This document shows, in pieces, positions 60,415-64,000 of a stretch of 64,000 nt of DNA. Source of the stretch: Geopsychrobacteraceae bacterium (GTDB lineage: Bacteria > Desulfobacterota > Desulfuromonadia > Desulfuromonadales > Geopsychrobacteraceae). Positions within the stretch are counted from its first letter, which is position 1; every line of letters begins with the position of its first letter. The stretch is taken from NCBI GenBank assembly GCA_963665685.1, contig OY762430.1, positions 91,838-155,837 of the forward strand, in the 5' to 3' direction. A model generated the notes under the pieces. That model worked only from the letters and a program-made list of their open reading frames with translations. It was not told the DNA's origin and made no database searches. A program made the translations under genes and the position numbers.

Positions 60415-61389
60415 ATGCCAAAGCTCTCCATACAGGAAATACTTGCAGAAACGGAAGCTGGACTTGATCTTGAGCTATTGGCCGGGGCAGGTGGACTTAA
60501 CCGGTGTATCGCGGTGCCAAGAATCCAAAAGCCTGGTTTGGCTCTGGCTGGGTATATTGATAGTTTACACACCGATAGGGCTCAGATTTTAGGAACAACG
60601 GAGCTCAGTTTTTTAGCCGGAATGCCGATTGACAATGCTAAAGAGCAGATTGATCGCTTGTGTCACTATAATCTGTCATGCTTAATTGTAACCAAAAACC
60701 AGGTTGTTCCAGAGTACCTCATAGATTTTGCCAATCATGGTAACACGCCTTTATTAAGAACCAGCCACCTTAGTTCTCATTTCATTTCATTAATAACCCG
60801 TTTCCTTGAAGAGCGACTGCTGCCGACGTCAACTCTGCATGGTGTCCTTGTCGATGTCCTCGGTGTTGGTGTTTTGATCCAGGGTAAGAGTGGGGTAGGT
60901 AAAAGTGAGTGTGCTTTAGAATTAATATTAAGGGGACATCGTTTAGTTGCGGATGATATTGTTAAGGTCCGCTTTAAGCTGCCTTCAGTTATTTTTGGTG
61001 AAGGGATGGACTTGCTTCATCATCACATGGAAATACGTGGTCTTGGTATTATTAATCTAAAACATTTATTCGGTGTTGCTGCGATTCGGGAACGGAAAAA
61101 AATTGAATTGGTTGTCGAACTTGTCGCCTGGGATGATAGTGAGACCTATGATCGCCTTGGGGTTGATGACATGACGTTTAACCTGCATGGTGTTGAACTG
61201 CCCTTCGTAAGAATTCCTGTTGCTCCGGGGCGTAATATAAGCTCAATCGTTGAGGTTGCTGCTAGAAATCAGTTACTGAAGGAAATGGGTTATCACAGTG
61301 CCCGTGAATTCCAGGAACTGCTCGAACGACGTATGGCTGAGGCTGCTCATCTGCACTCTCATACTATTATAGGGGACGATCTGGAATGA
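60415..61389 (+). CDS. hprK: HPr kinase/phosphorylase
   Basis: RIQKPGLALAG, LHGVLVDVLGVGVLIQGKSGVGKSECALELI, LVADD, MEIRGLGII. Confidence 0.96.
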   Translation: MPKLSIQEILAETEAGLDLELLAGAGGLNRCIAVPRIQKPGLALAGYIDSLHTDRAQILGTTELSFLAGMPIDNAKEQIDRLCHYNLSCLIVTKNQVVPEYLIDFANHGNTPLLRTSHLSSHFISLITRFLEERLLPTSTLHGVLVDVLGVGVLIQGKSGVGKSECALELILRGHRLVADDIVKVRFKLPSVIFGEGMDLLHHHMEIRGLGIINLKHLFGVAAIRERKKIELVVELVAWDDSETYDRLGVDDMTFNLHGVELPFVRIPVAPGRNISSIVEVAARNQLLKEMGYHSAREFQELLERRMAEAAHLHSHTIIGDDLE

Positions 61390-62246
61390 TTAAGCGCCTG
61401 TTGATTATTACTGGTTTGTCTGGCTCAGGAAAATCTACAGCAGCCAGAGCTTTGGAAGATCAGGGCTTTTTCGTTATTGATAATCTGCCATTGGTCATGC
61501 TCCCGGATCTTCTCCATCGGGTCGAAGAGTCTCTGCAGGATGGTGTTAACGTTGCTGTCGTTATTGATGTCAGAAATCGTAACTTTCTCGTCAATCAGGC
61601 TGGAACTTTTGAAGCTCTCAGAAGCGCAGGCTACAAGCTCGATATTCTATTCTTTGAGGCTGCAGATGACGTTTTGCGACGGCGATATTCAGAAACGCGC
61701 AGGCTTCATCCTTTAGCCGCATCCAGCTCTGTATTATCCGGCATCGAAAGAGAACGACAACAGCTTCACCTGCTGCGGGAAAGTGCCAGCCAGATCATTG
61801 ATAGCAGTAATTTAAATACTCACCAATTGCAAAAGCATGTTTTGAATTGGCTTGGTGACGAGTTTAAATCTGCTTTAATTGTCAATATCGAATCGTTTGG
61901 TTATCGATATGGCGTCCCTGCCGCAGCTGATTTGGTTTTTGATGTACGCTTTCTCCCCAATCCTCACTATATTGATAACCTTCGGCCGCTATCTGGTCGA
62001 GATCAGGTTTTGCGTGATTATGTCCTTAATCAGCCCGCATGCAAAGAATTTCTTGGTCATTTCGAGCCTTTGTTAAAGTTTCTGATACCTCATTATCATA
62101 GTGAGGGGAAAAGCTATCTGACCATTGCTATCGGTTGTACTGGTGGACGACATCGCAGTGTTTCTATTGTCGAATATTTACGGAATAATTTTCCTGCCTC
62201 TCAAGTTGAAATTCGTGTGCAACATCGTGATATCGACAAAGGATAA
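61386..62246 (+). CDS. rapZ: RNase adapter / P-loop ATPase RapZ (YvcJ family)
   Basis: ITGLSGSGKS, IDNLP, RRYSETRRLHP, DVRFLPNPHY, IGCTGGRHRSV. Confidence 0.95.
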   Translation: MIKRLLIITGLSGSGKSTAARALEDQGFFVIDNLPLVMLPDLLHRVEESLQDGVNVAVVIDVRNRNFLVNQAGTFEALRSAGYKLDILFFEAADDVLRRRYSETRRLHPLAASSSVLSGIERERQQLHLLRESASQIIDSSNLNTHQLQKHVLNWLGDEFKSALIVNIESFGYRYGVPAAADLVFDVRFLPNPHYIDNLRPLSGRDQVLRDYVLNQPACKEFLGHFEPLLKFLIPHYHSEGKSYLTIAIGCTGGRHRSVSIVEYLRNNFPASQVEIRVQHRDIDKG

Positions 62247-62250
62247 GTAA

Positions 62251-62658
62251 ATGATTGGTCTGGTGATAATTACACATGGTAAACTGGCTACTGAGTTAAT
62301 CCGTTCCGCCGAAATGATTGTTGGCCCGCTGGACAAAGTTATGAGTGTTGCTCTGGAAAAAGGCACTTCCCCGGAGTTGGCGACAGAACAATTACATTCT
62401 GCTGTCGCTACTGTTGGTGCTGATAATGAAGGTGTCCTTATTTTAACGGATTTGTTTGGCGGAACACCGACTAACCTGAGCGTTGAATTGCTGACTAACG
62501 ATAATATTGAAATTGTTACCGGGGTTAATTTACCAATGATTTTAAAAGGTGCTAGTGGCAGACTCTCTAAGGATGTTATAGAATTAGCTGTTTTCCTTAA
62601 GGATTATGGGAAAGATGCCATTATCCGCCCCAGTGAATTATTAAAATCATCTGACTAA
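62251..62658 (+). CDS. PTS mannose/fructose-type IIA component
   Basis: IGLVIITHG, ILTDLFGGTP, TGVNLPMI. Confidence 0.92.
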   Translation: MIGLVIITHGKLATELIRSAEMIVGPLDKVMSVALEKGTSPELATEQLHSAVATVGADNEGVLILTDLFGGTPTNLSVELLTNDNIEIVTGVNLPMILKGASGRLSKDVIELAVFLKDYGKDAIIRPSELLKSSD

Positions 62659-62673
62659 AATTTGAGGCGCTTT

Positions 62674-63162
62674 ATGTCCCTTGTATTAACACGTATTGAT
62701 AACCGATTAATTCATGGCCAGGTTTTAGAGTCATGGGTGCCTTTTGTGCAAGCTGATTGTATTTTGGTTGCTAATGATGATATCGCCGCTAATCCGCTAA
62801 AAAAAATGATGATGGAAGCCTCGGTGCCTAGTCGAGTCAGTGTGAAAATTGACAGTGTTGAGCATATTGCACAACTACTTAAAGCTGGAGAGTATCAGCA
62901 GGCTAAAATTCTTTTGCTTTTTGGTACAACGACTGATGCTTTGAAAGCGTTTCATCTTGGTCTTGAATTTGCGCAATTGAATCTTGGCAATCTCCATGCT
63001 GAAAAAGGGAAAGCGCAGTTATGCTGTACTGTATTTCTCGATTCTTCTGATGTTGAAGATCTTGAATATTTAGACCAGCACGGAGTAGAAATATCGGCTC
63101 GTTGTATTCCGGCAGATAACGCGCGTCCATGGCGTAAACTTGTGCCGCTGACAAAGGGGTAA
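62674..63162 (+). CDS. PTS mannose/fructose/sorbose-type IIB component
   Basis: RIDNRLIHGQV, LVANDDIA, LNLGNL. Confidence 0.92.
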   Translation: MSLVLTRIDNRLIHGQVLESWVPFVQADCILVANDDIAANPLKKMMMEASVPSRVSVKIDSVEHIAQLLKAGEYQQAKILLLFGTTTDALKAFHLGLEFAQLNLGNLHAEKGKAQLCCTVFLDSSDVEDLEYLDQHGVEISARCIPADNARPWRKLVPLTKG

Positions 63163-63167
63163 GAACG

Positions 63168-63857
63168 GTGGTCGAAAACGTTCTTATCGGTGGGTTGGTC
63201 AGTCTGGTTTGCGGGCTGGACCGTATTGCGATTATGCAGGTTATGATCTCTCGTCCCCTCGTGGCAGCATCCTTAATAGGGTGGCTGGCCGGGGCTCCTG
63301 CGATTGGGTTGCAGGTCGGTGTTATGCTCGAATTACTCTGGCTTGCGCGTTTGCCTGTTGGTGCCGCAGTTCCTCCCGATGATACTCAGGTGGCTATTGC
63401 TGGAACAGTGCTGGCAGTGTTTTTTTCGGGTGTTTATCCAGATGCTGGCCGTGAAATTATTATCCTTTGTCTGATAATTAGTTTGCCATTTGGAAAGATT
63501 GGTCAATATTTTGATCATTTTGCCCGCCAGTTTAATAATCGTTTGCCGCGAACGGCTGAAACAATGATTATCGAGGGGAACCTTCACTTGGCAGAAATGC
63601 AACATTTGCGTGGTTTGCTAAGTTTTTCGGTTGCCATTATTTGTACCTATAGTGTGATTATTGCTGGTGGTCTTGTTGTGGTTCCATTGTTGTGGCCCGT
63701 TATTGCTCAATCGATGGCGAACTCTGCCTCCTGGTTGACACTGGCATGGCCATTGGTCGGTATTGCTGTCATATTGGGAACTATCAACGTTAGCCGTGCC
63801 TTGACCTTGTTCTGCGCTGCATTCGGTATGGCTTTTCTCCTTTTGTGGCTGGTTTGA
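63168..63857 (+). CDS. PTS mannose/sorbose-type IIC component
   Basis: QVMISRPLV, LELLWL...PVGAAVPPD, multiple TM helices. Confidence 0.88.
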   Translation: MVENVLIGGLVSLVCGLDRIAIMQVMISRPLVAASLIGWLAGAPAIGLQVGVMLELLWLARLPVGAAVPPDDTQVAIAGTVLAVFFSGVYPDAGREIIILCLIISLPFGKIGQYFDHFARQFNNRLPRTAETMIIEGNLHLAEMQHLRGLLSFSVAIICTYSVIIAGGLVVVPLLWPVIAQSMANSASWLTLAWPLVGIAVILGTINVSRALTLFCAAFGMAFLLLWLV

Positions 63858-63859
63858 TT

Positions 63860-64000
63860 ATGGTTATTACTCCGGCAACTAAATTGCATATCTGGTTACG
63901 GTTAATGTTTCTTCAGGCCAGTTGGAACTTTGAACGACATCAAGGGCTGGGTTTTTTCTATGCGTTATTACCTGGCTTAAAGAAGCTTTATAGCGGTCAG
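63860..64000 (+). CDS. PTS mannose-type IID component, N-terminal fragment (runs off window)
   Basis: MVITPATKLHIWLRLMFLQASWNFERHQGLGFFYALLPGLKKLY: the QxSWNFER IID signature. Confidence 0.85.
   Translation, partial: MVITPATKLHIWLRLMFLQASWNFERHQGLGFFYALLPGLKKLYSGQ

Overview
A 64-kb stretch of core chromosome from a Desulfuromonadia-type deltaproteobacterium (Geobacter/Pelobacter/Desulfuromusa-like gene order; taxon inferred from gene order only). Almost all genes are on the + strand. Order: tsf(3' end)-pyrH-frr-ferredoxin-uppS-cdsA-dxr-rseP-tsaB; a DUF465-like gene; ilvB-ilvN-psd-pssA; Leu T-box-leuA-leuC-leuD; dsbC(-); leuB-ecfT-truA-rplM-rpsI-argC; a pseudokinase/TPR/NTF2 + L,D-peptidase gene pair; queA-tgt-yajC-secD-secF-TPR-recJ-murB; ettA(-); a tandem-duplicated HEAT-repeat + HD-GYP module(-); phoH-7TM/HD-ybeY-corC-lnt; a Na/Pi cotransporter; kdsB-pyrG-kdsA-kdsD-kdsC-lptCAB-rpoN-hpf-ptsN-hprK-rapZ-mannose-type PTS. 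I found no rRNA, tRNA, CRISPR array or transposase. Best leads: (1) a membrane pseudokinase fused to periplasmic TPR and Csd6-like NTF2 domains, translationally coupled to a Csd6-like L,D-peptidase; (2) two HEAT+HD-GYP pairs whose four proteins share an unnamed N-terminal domain and whose phosphodiesterases differ at the RxxK specificity residue (RSYK vs RSYE); (3) two copies of a ~176-bp MITE-like hairpin element, one with a target-site duplication at a stop codon; (4) candidate structured leader RNAs upstream of the DUF465 gene, ilvB (anti-SD switch) and leuB; (5) a probable ATC start codon for cdsA; (6) a 1-bp frameshift in the normally essential lptB. All family assignments are by motif recognition, not database search.
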